Part shown: in pieces, positions 26,006 to 38,800 of the stretch
How positions within the stretch are numbered: the first letter of the stretch is position 1
Layout of the letters: each line of letters starts with the position of its first letter
Assembly: GCF_036971445.1 (NCBI RefSeq)
Contig: NC_091471.1
Coordinates: 349,494,001-349,558,000, forward strand
DNA from: Narcine bancroftii
Lineage: Eukaryota
Length of the DNA: 64,000 bases
Direction: 5' to 3'
Made by a program: the position numbers and the translations under genes
The notes under the pieces: generated by a model
Seen by the model: the letters and a program-made list of their open reading frames with translations, nothing else
Told to the model about the DNA's origin: nothing
Database searches by the model: none

Positions 26006-26125
26006 CTGAGGAAGAGCAAGAGGGAAGACAGTGGTAAAAGGGTGCCCATTACGGGATGGGTCTGGATTCCATTCCCAGGCCCATTTCGACTGAAAGATTC
26101 ACAGAATCTCTGGAACCCCTGGATC

Positions 26126-26228
26126 TGACATGGATGAGGGATGGGATGTGTGACATGGATGAGGGATGGGATGTGTGACATGGATGAGGGATGGGATGTG
26201 TGACATGGATGAGGGATGGGATGTGTGA
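26126..26228. repeat. 25-bp tandem repeat, 4 copies (TGACATGGATGAGGGATGGGATGTG)
   Basis: Directly visible, near-perfect. Confidence 0.9.
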
Positions 26229-26498
26229 AAAACTCAGCAGGTCAAATAGTGCCTTTATGTAGCAAAAAGTGAAGATACATCACCAATGTTTCGGGCTTGA
26301 GCCCTTCATCAAGGGTGTGGGGGGGGGGGGGGCGGGGGGGGGGGGCGGGGGGGGCGAAAAGGAAAGGGGGAGGAGTCTATTCTAGATGGAGAGAAAAGAA
26401 GTAGGAACTGGAATAACGGGATGGGGAAGTGGGCTGTTGGCATCTCTGGCCTACTCAGAGCAGGAGCAGGAAGCCACATAGCCCTGCTTCTCACCTAC

Positions 26499-26656
26499 CT
26501 CCACCTGTTCCGGGGTGTACTGTCTTGGATCCCAGTCTGGAATCAGGCCCATTCCCGGCTCCCCATTCCCAAACTTTTCACAGAAGGGCTCCGTACTGGG
26601 GGTGGGTGTGTCCACACCGGTGTGGGTCATGGAAGGCTACGTAGAGAAAGAAGGGC
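26499..26656 (-). CDS. sgsh: Sulfamidase exon 5 (158 nt; +1 base at 26586-26588)
   Basis: [23 protein letters not shown](+1)[29 protein letters not shown]. Confidence 0.93.
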
Positions 26657-26714
26657 CTGAGGGCAGAAGCACAGCAAGGTTACACCGTCCCAAGGCACAG
26701 GCCCAGGAAAGGTC

Positions 26715-27035
26715 AGATTGCCCCTCATCTAGACATGAGCCAGTGAAGGACAGACGCCCCCTTTGTTTACACACAGGCCCAGTGAAGGACAGATGCCCCC
26801 CTCATCTAGACACAGGCCTAATGAAGGACAGATGCCCCCCCCCACCCCCCCCCCCATCTAGGCATTGGCCGGGGAAGGAAGGGGCAAATGCCCCCCTCAT
26901 CTAGACATAGACCTGGGGAAGGATAGATGCCCCTTCGTCCTACACACAGGGCCTGGGGAAGGACAAACTCCCCTCGTCTAGACACAGGAAGGACAGGTGC
27001 CTCATTGTCCAGACACCAGCCCTGGGGAGGATGGA
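26715..27035. repeat. Degenerate ~40-bp minisatellite (GAAGGACAGATGCCCCCTCATCTAGACACAGGCC) in sgsh intron 4
   Basis: About 7 visible copies. Confidence 0.8.
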
Positions 27036-27283
27036 TGTCTCCTCACCCAGCCAAATATCCCTCATGCAGATACCAGTCCAGCATTCGGTGTCAGCTCCTC
27101 ATTGTCCAGACAGTGACCCAGAAAGATATCCCTCACCCAGACACAGTCCCAGACAAACCCGCTTCCCACTGAGACACCATTCACTGAGACACTGGGGTCC
27201 GGACAGTACACTGTGTCCACGTCCCACGGGAGGTGCTCACCCTCCCTGGAGTGGGGAAGAGGCAGCCCCCCTGGGTCACCCAC

Positions 27284-27435
27284 CTGTCTGCTGTGTCCCG
27301 CAGGAAAGCCCTGACCAGCAGTTTGATCCGGGTGATGTTGCGGCCCACCTGCAGGATGGAATTGTTCTCCTCGGTCTTGGCATAGTCGAACGGGGTAAAC
27401 AGCCTCTGGACCAACATGCTTCTTCCCAATGATCC
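27284..27435 (-). CDS. sgsh: Sulfamidase exon 4 (152 nt; +1 base at 27392-27395)
   Basis: GIIGKKHVGPEAVYP(+1)FDYAKTEENNSILQVGRNITRIKLLVRAFLRDTAD. Confidence 0.93.
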
Positions 27436-27764
27436 CTTCAGAAACACATAGTTCAACAAGCAATCACACTTTACAACAAATATGGACAGGAAGGGTAAGG
27501 AGGCCTATGGTCTGGGTGCAGATCAGTCGGACTAGGCAGACAAATGGTTCAGCACAGACTAGATGGGCTGAAAGGCCTTGTTTCCTCTGCTGTTGCTCTA
27601 TGATTCAAAGTGACACAGGATGAGGGGGAATGACAGCACTGACAGGTATGGAACCCATAGTGATGGGGAGTACAACAAGTAGAGACACAAAGGCCAGGTG
27701 TGCAGCCTGACACACAAGCCACAGTACGTCACACGTAGGAAACACGGGCATTAGATTATGTAAA

Positions 27765-28335
27765 CAAGGAAGTCTGCAGATGCTGGGGGTCGAGTGCAAC
27801 ACACACACGCAACATCCACAGTAAAGGGTCACCAAGGTTTGAGGCCTGAGTCCTTAGACAGGAATAATAAAAAAAATCAGGAAGGTGTCTGAATGAAAAG
27901 GTGAGGGAGGGGGAAAGAGCAGAGGAGGGAGGAAGGGGGTGGGGGTAAGAGGTCATAAGTGGATATAATTGGGAGGGTAGAAGAGAAAAATGGGGGGGAC
28001 GAGGTCGAGGACTAGGCTGGGCCTAGTTTGAAGGAAGGGAAAGGAAAGAGATCTGGAGGAAAGGAGTCAGAGGTCTGAGGAAAAAAGAGAGAAAGGGAGG
28101 GGGTTGTCGGAAACTGATGTCGAGGTTAATGCTGTCTAATTAGAGAGTGCCCAGATGGAATATAAGGTATTCTTCCACCAATTTGCAGGTGGCCATGGTC
28201 AAACATGTCTATGTGTTGGAATTGAAATGGGTGGCCATTGGGAGGTCCTTGCTGTGGCAGTGGACAGAGTGAAGGTGTTCCACAAAGGGACCTCCCAGTC
28301 TGCATTCAGTCTCCCCGACGTAGAGGGGGGCCACA
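27765..28335 (-). mobile_element. Penelope-like element fragment (GIY-YIG endonuclease end plus terminal repeat)
   Basis: LYVGETECRLGGPFVEHLHSV...PMATHFNS resembles the Penelope GIY-YIG; related short pieces (TTTCGGGCTTGAGCCCTTCATCAAGG) at ~19745-19850, 26230-26315 and 45415-45560. Confidence 0.65.
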
Positions 28336-28603
28336 AATCGCACACCAGTCAGCATGAGCTGTGCGCTGTTAGCAAGTGGCCCAGAGCAGGGTTTGGGATG
28401 CACACAGATCGGAGGGGGATGTGTGCACGTTAGGACGTGGGCCAGGGTGGCACACAGGATAACGTTATCCACAAGTTCATCTCAGTGTGGGTAACACACA
28501 GCAAGAGGGGTTACAGAATGCAGGAGTCAACGATGGGCCAATGGCTGAAGTTGGGGGGGTTCCAAGGGGTTTGGGAATTGGGACCATGGTCTGTGATCCT
28601 CAC

Positions 28604-28709
28604 CGGTTCTAATCCCAGCCTGACTGAGCAGCTGCGGCAAACTTTGGACTGCGTCGAAGGAGTTAAAGTGGTGGATGCTTTGGTGGAGTCCGTACATCCC
28701 ATTCTGATG
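28604..28709 (-). CDS. sgsh: Sulfamidase exon 3 (106 nt)
   Basis: [35 protein letters not shown](G). Confidence 0.96.
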
Positions 28710-29149
28710 CTGCCAAACACAGAACACACTCAGCGTTAACTCCCATTCCCCAACAAAGTCACCTCACAACACCCCCCCCACCCCAAACACATATGGTTCC
28801 ACTACAGTGAGACACACACACACAGGGAAGGGGGGGGGCTCAGGTTCAGTCTCCAGAGACTGACTGACCACTACCCATTGCCCTCTGTGTACCTGTATGT
28901 GTACCTTTGTCTGTGCGTGGACACTGTGATGCCTCCACAGATTAAAAAACCAGCTGACGACACATTGCGGAAAAGGTGGGCAGGTGGCCATCTGGTTACC
29001 ATAGTTAACAGAACATTGAGCAGTGTACACAGGGATAGGCCCTTCGGCCCACATGCCTATACCCAACATGATAACCCAATTACACCCTCCTGCCTGAACC
29101 TGATAGATATCTCTGGATCCCTTCACATTCTGTGTCCATCTGTGTACTG

Positions 29150-30075
29150 GTAAGAGTGCTAGTGCTGGGTGAGTTGGGAGATGAGCTGTTGCATCTTGGG
29201 TAGATTCTAATAAATATAGTACTTTTAAAAGAACCCATTTCTTTATTACAATAAAAGCAACATCACATGGTACCAGAAGTGAGAATTAGTTGATATAGCA
29301 GCTGAGAAAACATGGAGAGTGTAAAGACTCCTGACGCTGTAAATTGGACTAGAAATGTTGTCCATAAGTTCAAAGATTCACGCTGTACCTGCAAGCAATT
29401 GGACTCAATAGCAAACCTGAGGTATGGAAGATTGCACTGCTACTTACTGTGGCTGGACCTGAAGCAATACATTTGTTTTCACCAAGGCAGATGACCAGGG
29501 AAAGTTCGACAAAGTTATCAAGATGTTTGATGAACTCAGTTCACCAAACAAAAATGAAACGTTCGAAAGATGCATGTAAACCCAAGGGGAAAGCTAAAGA
29601 TAAAGAGCACTACCTCAGGCTAGCAGTAGTCCCAGATGGACATGAATCACTGCTTGGTGACAAAGCATGCAAAAACTTAAGCTTAGTCAGGAAGGTGTAC
29701 CACATTAACAGTGACAATGCACAGAACAGCATAGACACCTTCAAGGGGTTTGGAGTTCTACCATTAACCTATAAGCTACAGTTAAAGGAGGGCACACAGC
29801 CTGTAGTGCATGCCCCGAAGCAGGTTCAGGCGCCACTAAAAGAAAAGCCCAAGCAGGAACTTGACCGAATGATGGCACTAGGGGTCATAAAGAAAGTGGG
29901 GGAGCCCACAGAATGGGTGAATTCAATGGTGTGTGTCAAAAAGAATGGTGACCTGTGCATATGCATAGACCCAAAAGATTTGAATGCCAATATAAAGAGG
30001 GTGATCAGATTCCAACCAGGGATGAAATTACAAGTGAGCTAGCTGGTGCAAAGTTTTATCACCAAATTGATTGGA
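29150..30075 (+). mobile_element. Gypsy LTR retrotransposon internal fragment (gag remnant to start of RT, internally deleted)
   Basis: PVVHAPKQVQAPLKEK..ELDRMMALGVIKKVGEPTEWVNSMVCVKKNGDLCICIDPKDLN; PBS-like TGGTACCAGAAGT at ~29268. Confidence 0.8.
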
Positions 30076-30359
30076 ACGGCTTGTCTCCCAACTCCCCCAG
30101 TGGTCAGGATTAGCACTCACACTCTATCAGTACACATCTGCAAACCTCACCAACACTACCATCATGTCTGCTTTCACCTCTACCCCTGGAAGTCACTTCC
30201 ACCACTCTGATTCGCCCCACACATCTTAAACCCCTTCCTACCTTTAACAGCTCTTCTAGCATGCTACACTTTGACCCTGGGGAAAAGATTCCACCATCCA
30301 CCCTTCTATCAGTCTCCTGCACTCAACCTAACCAATGGTCTACCTCACAGAGTTATGTA

Positions 30360-30722
30360 CCGATAACAGTCTAAAGTATTTAACACATTAGAATCAGTCT
30401 AGTTAAAATAGCTAACAATCTAGTTACTATAGTTAACATTCCCAGGAATCTGGTTAAACCAGATAATGTACCTACGGCAGTCTAGTTAAAATACTTAACA
30501 TTACCAGTGACAATCTGGTTAAAATAGGTAAAAAACCTGGGGTTGTACAGGTAAGCTGGTTTCAATAGACCCTCGCCCCCTCCTGTTCAGTACAGTTAAA
30601 CGGTTCAGAACCCATTCTGCACAGTTAAACGTTTTAGGAATCGTTCAGCACAGTTAAACATTTTAGGAACTGTTCAGGACAGTTAAACATTTCAAAGCCC
30701 ATTCAACAAAGTTAAACAGTTT
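30360..30722. repeat. Degenerate AT-rich tandem repeats (TCTAGTTAAAATA / ACAGTTAAAC) next to sgsh exon 2
   Basis: Visible repeated cores. Confidence 0.65.
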
Positions 30723-30728
30723 GGGTAC

Positions 30729-30889
30729 CTGTGGCAGTCCAGTGAGAATGGATGAGCGGCTGGGGGAACAGCTACTGACAGATGAGAAGGTGTTCCTGAA
30801 GATGACACTGCGCTCTGCCAAGCGGTTGAGGTTGGGTGTCCTTATTGCTGTGTTGTTATACACCTCACTCTCAAACCCGGCATCATCAG
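30729..30889 (-). CDS. sgsh: Sulfamidase exon 2 (161 nt) with the sulfatase CxPSR formylglycine motif
   Basis: (A)[53 protein letters not shown]. Confidence 0.97.
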
Positions 30890-31124
30890 CTGTCACAGAG
30901 GTACAGAGTGGCGTTTAATATACAGTTCCATGCTGGAATCTCACAATCCAGAATCACACAGCAACAATGTGTTGTAGGTGTGCCACATGATCTCCAAATG
31001 TACATGTACCACACATATGGGCACGGACCACTCCTGTGCACCAAACATTGAAAGAGTTTCCAAGAAAATTCTATTGCATGCAGCTTCACACAATCCATGA
31101 GTTAAAGCTGAGCCAGAAGTCATT

Positions 31125-32425
31125 TCCGAATATAGGGTTCCATAAAAGCTTATCTGAGAGGACAGATTATGTTTTACTACTAAAATTAAGAAGGATTATA
31201 TGAAAGAAGTAAATCAGTTGGAGCAAGAAATAAAATTATTGAAAAAAAAAGTCTTCAGAAGTGAAGTTCTGAGATAGTGTAGGCAATTAATTAATAAAAA
31301 AAAGTTCAATACAAACTTAGAGAACCAAAAAAATTATCACAAGAACTAAACAGAGATACTATGAATTTGGTGAATGAGCACATAAAGTACTTGCATGGCA
31401 ACTGAAAATCAAACAAGCCCCAAGAACAATTAAGGCAGTTAAAAACAATTCAAATGTAATTAGTTATAAACCTTGAGAAATAAAAACCTAAAAACTTTTA
31501 TTCTAAATTATATAGTTCAGAGTCCTTAAAAGGCAATAATAAAATAGATAGCTAATTAGAGGATAAATTTAACTACACTAAAACTGGAAGTACAAATAGA
31601 ATTGAGTGCACAATTTACATATTTAGAGGTAAAGGAAGCAATAAGTTTGTTACAAAGTAATAAATCTCTGAGGGAAGATGGTTTTCCACCTGAATTCTAC
31701 AAAGAATTTAAAAGATTTATTGATCCCTATTTTTATGGAAATGTTGGATCAAGCATCAAGAACTTATACTCTTCCAGATTCATTTGTTAAAAAGAGACAG
31801 TCAGTGGACAATATGGACAGATTAATTAGTATTATACATGCAGCACAAAAAAGGAAAGATCTAAGTATAGCAGTGGCACTAGAAATGGGAAAAAGCATTT
31901 GATAGATTGAAATGGAACGTTTAAAGTATTAGACAAATTTGGGTTTGGACATACCTTTATAAATTAGATCAAGGCATTATAATAATAATCCTAAAGTGAA
32001 AGTAGTAACTAATGGACAAATGTCTAATCCATTTCATTTGACAAGATCTAGTAGACAAGGTTGCCCCTTATCCCCAGCTTTGTTTATTGTAGCTATAGAA
32101 CCACTGGCTGAGGTAATTAGTGATTAGAAATTAGGGAGTTTAAGATTGGACAGGAGGAATACAAAATCAGTTTATATGGAGATGGTGTTTTGATACACCT
32201 GACAGAACCAGAGACTTGTGCAAATGACATTTAAATTTGGAAGAATAAGGTAAGCTTTCAGGTTATAAAGTAAATTGGGATAAAAGTGAAATTATGCCCC
32301 TTATTACAAGGAGATTATACTCTTTGCTGAAGAAATACTCAATTTACATGGCCAAAAGAGGCAATTAATTACTTAAGGATCCATATAGATAACAATTTAA
32401 ATAATTTATATACACTGAATTATTC
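31125..32425 (+). mobile_element. Decayed L1-like ORF2 fragment in sgsh intron 1
   Basis: SNKSLREDGFPPEFYKEFK and RSSRQGCPLSPALF..AIEPLAE remnants. Confidence 0.8.
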
Positions 32426-32427
32426 AT

Positions 32428-32699
32428 GGTGTGGGGGGTGTTGTGTGGGGGTGCACATCACTGATGGCAGGCAAACTGGCTCTGCGTGTTACGGTTGCGG
32501 CAGCGGAGAAGCCACGTCAAGATGGCACCACCGGGATCGTCTTTTCCGCCGGCTGGGTCGGGTCTGCATGCGCACAGGGTAATGCAATGACGTTGTTTCC
32601 GGCGCAAAGGCGGTATTTACCCGTGGCTTTATAAGGCGTAGTGCAGGAAGTTTCAATAAACAACCAGAGTGCAAACGAGCCCGCTGGTTACTGGCGACA
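32428..32699 (+). mobile_element. Possible short LTR-like segment
   Basis: CpG-rich patch between two LINE fragments with TTTATAAGG, AATAAA and a terminal TGGCGAC; no clear TSD. Confidence 0.35.
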
Positions 32700-33310
32700 T
32701 TGCCAAATTTAGAGTATCATGTGCAGTTTTGGTTGGTCACTTAACTACAGAAGGATACCAATAAGATTGAAAGAGTGCAGAGAAGGTTTACTCAGAAGTT
32801 GCCTTGACTTCCGGAAATGAGTTATAGGGAAAGGTTAAACAGGTTAGGACTTTATTCCTTAAGAAGTATAAGGATAAATTTGATATACAAAATTACGATG
32901 GGGATAGACTGTGAGAATGCAAGCAAGCTTTATCCACTGAGGGTAGATGAGATACAAACCAGAGGACATGGGTTAAGGGTGAAAGGGGAAAAGTTTAGGG
33001 GGAACTTCTTCACACAGAGAGTGGTGGAAGTGTGGAATGAGCTGCCAGCTGAAGTGGTAAATGCGGCCTCAATTTTGACAAAGAAAAGTTTGGACGGGTA
33101 CATGGATGGAAGGAGTATGGAGGGCTATGGACTAGGTTCACGTCAGTGGGACAAGGCAGAATAATAGTTCAGCCCAGACTAGATGGGCTGAAGGCCTGCT
33201 TCTGTGGTGTTCTATGGTTCTAGGATAGGCTGGGATGCATCTCCCTGAAGCGTAAAAGGCTCAGGGATGACCTGATAGAGGTTTATAAATTCATGGAGTG
33301 CATGGATAAG
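32700..33310 (+). mobile_element. CR1 3' fragments
   Basis: MSYRERLNRLGLYSL...TRGHGLRVKGEKFRGNFFTQRVVEVWNELP. Confidence 0.85.
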
Positions 33311-34525
33311 GTCCCAGGGTTGGAGAGTTTTATACCAAATAGCAAAAATTTAAGGTTTAATAAATTAGTTTATTTCCTCTATTACAAGATATGTACATCC
33401 AGGACTGTGTCACCAAATAATGCCCCAACTCCATCTTTATGTTCGCTGACAATACCACCGTCTTTTCACAGCAACACTCCACAGGGAAGCATGCCCTCGC
33501 TCTTCTACTTTAACCTACTATTTGCACATTAGAGTCACTGTGTTAGACTGTTGGTTGGTGATTGTGTCAAAAATTTCAGCGAGAAAGAATGGGGTTCAGA
33601 GGAAATTGTGATTCAAATGGTGTAGGACTCAAAAGGCTGAATGTCCTAATTCTGCTCCTACATCTTGTGCTCACAAAGTGAACCCAACTTTTGGTACCAG
33701 GTGCAAGGTGCAATTAATTTGAACGTGCTGTTCTTTTCTTTGCATCTCACACGTGAGACAAGAGTGCACTGGAAATAGACTCCACTGGCCTGAGTGCGTA
33801 CAACTCCAATAACTCACTGGAATCTTGATTCCTCCAGAACTTGATTGTTTTCCCTGTGGTTCTCTCCAGCCCAGTGCACAGCACCTTTCATGCACTATTA
33901 ACAATGCACTCTGCAGTTACCCACCCGGGTACTTCCTACAGCATTACCCACCTGCCACCTCTACCATCAAAGCAGACTAGGGGAGCAGGAGATCCCCACC
34001 ATCGACAAACCCACACTCTATCAACACCTGAATCCTTCATCATCACAGCCCAGAACCTGGCTCTCCCTTCCCAGTGTCATCACTAAGACCACAGCAGTTC
34101 AAGGTGGCTCACCACCTCCTTTTCAAGGACAATAAAGGCTACCTTGCCAAAAATGAATAATTTTTAATAAATTGTTTATATTTATATTCCCACAGTCTTC
34201 AGTCGCCCTGAGAGATGGTGAAGGCGCCACAGTGTATGATCAGACAAATCTATTTTGGATTGATGTAAAACTGGGGGTCCTGCTGAAGGGTGGGGGAGAG
34301 GGTGGTGGGACATGGGACTGTGATGGAGGGTGGGGGAGAGGGTTGTGGGGTATGGGACTGTGATGGAGGGTGGGGGAAGAGGGTTGTGGGGTATGGGACT
34401 GTGATGGAGGGTGGAAGAGAGTGGGGGTGATGGAATAAGGGACCGTGAGGCGGGGGGTGTTTAACTGCACGTGGAGATCTGGATAGAGGGGGGCAGAGGA
34501 ACCGAAGCCCGAGCTCCACACTCAC

Positions 34526-34616
34526 CGATGATGAGCAGCACGTTCCTCCTGTGCTGAGGCCACGTACCAGTGAGGCTGGCGATGAGACAGAAGAAGAGGA
34601 AGCCGCGGCCCAGCAT
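34526..34616 (-). CDS. sgsh: Sulfamidase exon 1 (signal peptide and NVLLII)
   Basis: MLGRGFLFFCLIASLTGTWPQHRRNVLLII(A); donor GTGAG; phase joins exon 2. Confidence 0.93.
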
Positions 34617-34624
34617 AGTCCGGG

Positions 34625-34745
34625 AATCACACCAACCCGACCAATTCAACAGCAAAAACCCGCTCCGTAAACCCGGCGGCTTCCCGGAAGTGAAAAGGAT
34701 TCATTCTAGGTGCGATCACGTGTGGCGTGGTCACATGATCGCTCC
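34625..34745. promoter_or_regulatory. Probable shared (bidirectional) sgsh/slc26a11 core promoter
   Basis: CpG-rich; CCAAT 34641, ETS CCGGAAGTG 34684-34692, E-boxes ATCACGTG 34715-34722 and GTCACATGAT 34730-34739. Confidence 0.65.
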
Positions 34746-34769
34746 TTGGACTCTGCCAGGATGTGGGGG

Positions 34770-35035
34770 TGAGTGGGGATTTGCTGGGACAGGGCGGGGG
34801 GCGAGGGGTGACCTGCTGGGGTAGGGTGGGAGGGGCGAAGGGTGACCTGCTGGGGCAGGGTGGGGGTAAGGAGTGACTTGCTGGGACAGGTTGGGGGTGA
34901 GGGGAGGGGTGGCCTGGATAGGACAGGGTGGGGGGGAGGGGAGGGGTGGCCTGGATAGGACAGGGTGGGGGTGGGTAAGGGGTGACCTGGGACAAGGGTG
35001 GAGGGAGAGGGGGTGACCTGGGACGGAGTGGGGTG
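34770..35035. repeat. G-rich degenerate minisatellite (GGGACAGGGTGGGGG...GGGGTGACCTG) beside the promoter
   Basis: About 8 visible units; another G-rich repeat at 34295-34420. Confidence 0.75.
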
Positions 35036-37639
35036 GCACTGATTTGAGGACGGCCTTTGTTCCCCTCTCTAACCTCCAAACACGGATGGAGCAGAGACTG
35101 TTGCAATTGTTTCCAATAATTCTATCGGATAAACTATTTAACGTAAATGTTTCAATTATTTCTGTCACCCTTTTTTTAAACGTGTCGAATGGTGTTCCAC
35201 TTTGATGCAACACATCTATGTATAGACTCTACGAGACCTGCTGAGTTTCTCCAGCACTGCGTGTTTGAACCACACATTCTTCAGACGTTCCTGTTCCTTT
35301 CCAAAGTTTCGATTGTGTGTGTTGTTCTTGATCTGTTCCTGTCGCTCTGAATGTCTTGGTCGCGTCTCTTTCCCTCCATTGCTCAGTGTCTCGGGCCCTG
35401 AATCCTAACCTGTCACTTCCCCTCCTGTGTTTGTTAACCGACTAATTTGTGGTCAGTTGATGGATCCTTAATGAACGCTGTATCTTTTGAAGTTAGCCCA
35501 TCGGCGGCACCACACCAGTTATGACACATCCTGATGAGCGAGTTCTCTCTGCATCTCCCCCTCCACGATCACTGTGTGACTGTGCTTTGAACCGAGGATT
35601 CTCTCCCCGCCCGGCCTCCTCACTCGTGGTCTATTTTTTGCAGTAGAGTTGGTGATCAGAGTGGTATGGGGATGTTCTACCCATTCAGCTGTTAGCAAGG
35701 TCAGTTTGTAGCCCCCCCACCCCCCCCTCCCAATCACCAGAACGTGGAGGGTGAGCTGTGGCCTTGAACCCATGAAGTTACAGTCGTACAGCCAAGAACA
35801 GGCCCTTCAGCCCAGCATTCTGGGTCAGGTTGTTTCCTGCATTTGAACCCATCGTCTCCATGGATCTGTCCCAATGTCATAATAACATCTTAACTGTACC
35901 TGGTTCTACCCCCATCCTCTGGCAGCCTCCACCCTGAGTGGAATATTTTGCCCCTTGGGTCTCTCATAAACCTTCCCCTCCCCACCTCATCTGAAAGCGA
36001 TGCCCCTCGTTCTAGAATTACCTTCCCTGGGAAAAAGTCTGGGTCCTTTCACTGGAAGATACTGTTGGGAGGGGTTCCCACATTTATACTTGGTGACAAC
36101 AAGGGGATTTCTTTCCAAGTGAAGATGGGGTGTGACCAGGAGAGGTGCCCACAGGATGTGGTATTCTCCTCGGAGAATTGGTGAGTTTGGCAGGTATTGG
36201 AACAGCCTGCGTGAATCTCGAACTTGTGCTGAGTACAGCAGCTGTGGAGAAGGGGACGGGGGTTTGGAGAGACGGATGGGCTGTTGGGATGGTGTTGAAT
36301 TTTGGACATTAGTCCACCTGCAGACTTGGTTTCACTCCATCCCTGAACATTGCAATGGTCTGGGACGGGCAACCTCAGGATATTTTGCCCTCTGAGGCAG
36401 CAGGCCATTTAGCCCCTCATGACTCTGCCAACTCACAGAGCAATTCCATTCCTCACTACTTTGTAAACTGAGGAATCAAGTGCTTTGTAAACTGTTGTCT
36501 CCACTTTCCCTTGAAGTCTGCCACCTCCATACAAGGGGAAATTTACAGTGGCTAATTAACCAACCACTGGCATGTCTTTGGGATGGGGGTGGCTGGAGAA
36601 ATGGAGCACCCTCAGGTAATCTACGTAGCTACAGGGAGAATGTGCACACTCCATGCCAGCAGCACCAGAGCTCAGGATTGAAACTGGGTTGCGAGAGCTG
36701 CAGTTCGTCTGGCCGCACCAATGCACTGCTGATGGTTACTGCCTTTATCCTGAATTTGGCAACAGCATCTCTTGAAAAAAGCACCAAAATAAAAGCCAAG
36801 CATGCTGAAAATTCTGGGCAGACAAGGCAACATTTGTGGGGAAGGAGACACATAATGATTTCCCAGAACTGGAAGGAGCTTTGAGGTGTGGAGAGGGGAA
36901 CAGAGAGGCAGGAGGGAGCAAATGGTGATGGTGGAGAGGGAAGGAGGGGTCCCTTAAATGAGGGGCCCCCAAACCTTTTAGACCATTGACTGCTTCATGG
37001 AATCCTTGATCCCTCATGGACCCCAAGGCATTGAAATCCCCTGGTGGGGGGAGGAGGGGTTGTGGCAGTGCTGGATGGGGGGGGGGGGGGTTGCAGCACT
37101 GGATGGGGGAGGGGGGATGGTGATGGCAATGGACAGGAGGGATGGTGGCGAGGCTGAATGGAGAGGGAGGTGGAAATGGCGTTGGACACATACACATTTC
37201 TCTGCTCTGTCCATCCTCCTGTTCACTCTACTTATTAAAAGTCTAAAGACAAATTAAGCATGGCGGCCACCAAGGCCAGCTCTCGCAAGAGGTTGGTCAC
37301 TCCTGCCATAGGCACTATTTTCCGTAGATGCACTCCTGCTTTCATCCACAAAAGTTAAATCGAAGCTGCCCCCCCCCCCCCAGTGTTTATTGACCCCTTG
37401 AATTGTCCCATCGATCCCCTGGAGTCGATATCGACTACTTTGGTGACACCTGCCATAAATCAAAGCTGCAGGCAGGGGAACGGTGTTCTCAGCTATTGTC
37501 TTCTGAGCATAATTCCAGGGCTTTGTTTTTTTAAAATACTTTAATACAGAATCATGAACTCAAGTCAAGTCGATAGAACTCCTATAGAAGAGGGACATAA
37601 TAATGGCCAGTAGCCATGCCCATCTCAGTCTTCTCAGAA

Positions 37640-37912
37640 AGTCCAGTCACTGTTGTGCCTTCCTGACAAATGAGGAGATGTTGAGTGTCCATGATAGGTC
37701 ACTAGTTTAAGTGAACTCCAAGGAACTTGGTGCTCTCCACTCTACTACAGAGTTGTTGATGAGTAGTGGAAGGTTGACATTCCTGGTCCTCCTGAAGTCC
37801 ACAACCATTTCCTTCGTTTTGTCTACGTTGTTACTCTTGCACCATTTCATGAGATTTTCCACCTCTTCTCTGTAGTGCGACTCATTGTTGTTGCTGATGA
37901 GGCCAACTACTC
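37640..37912 (-). mobile_element. Rex1/Babar-like RT fragment
   Basis: VVGLISNNNESHYREEVENLMKWC...KTKEMVVDFRR. Confidence 0.7.
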
Positions 37913-38024
37913 CAGGATCTGTCTGCAAATTGAAACGACTTTTATTTTGTACTCATGTGCTAATTGATACTGTTGTCGTCAGTATACCAGGCATACAGCA
38001 GGTAAGAATCTTGGTGCATCTGTA

Positions 38025-38800
38025 CAAACAGAATGAGGAAGCATACAGGAGGGTGATAGATCCACTCATTGAGAGGTGTCACACCAACAACCTTGTGCTC
38101 AATGTTAACAAAACCAAGGAGAGGATTGTGGATTTCAGGAGAACACGACCCAGTCCTCATTGAGGGATCAGTGGTGGAGAGGGTCAAGTACTTCAAATTC
38201 CTCAACATCTCTGAGGATCTGTCATGGAGCCTCCATGTCGACGCAATCAGGAAGAAGGCTCTCCAGCAACAGCAAGCATACTTTGTGAGGTGTTTTAGGA
38301 GATTTGGTCTGTCACCGAAGACTCTCAAAAGCTTCTAAAGGTGTCCAGTGGAGAGAATTCTGGCTGGTTGCATCACTGTCTGGTATGGATGCACCAATGC
38401 TCAGGACGAGAAAAAACTCCAGAGGGTAGTTAACTTAGCCTGCGACATCACAGGCACCAGACTTCACTCCGTCGAGGACATCTACAAGTTGTGGTGTCTT
38501 AAGAAAGCAGGTTTTATTCTCAAGGACCCCCACCACCCAGGCCATACCCTCTTCACTCTGCTACCATCGGGAAAAAGGTACAGGAGCCTGAAGGTGAACA
38601 CTCAGTGGCACAAGGACAGCTTCTTCCCCTCCACCATTAGCTTCCTGAATGATCAATGAACCACAAACACTTTCTTACTTTGACTTTTCATGCACTCTTT
38701 TCATTTATTTTGTAAGGTGGTTTATATAAATGTTTTCACAATTAAGCTGCTGCAAAACAACAAATTTTGTGACTTGTTCATGACAATAAATTCTGATTCT
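38025..38800 (+). mobile_element. Rex1/Babar-like LINE 3' fragment
   Basis: NNLVLNVNKTKERIVDF...ILAGCITVWYG...KDPHHPGHTLFTLLPSGKRYRSLK; tail AATAAATTCTGATTCT. Confidence 0.85.
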
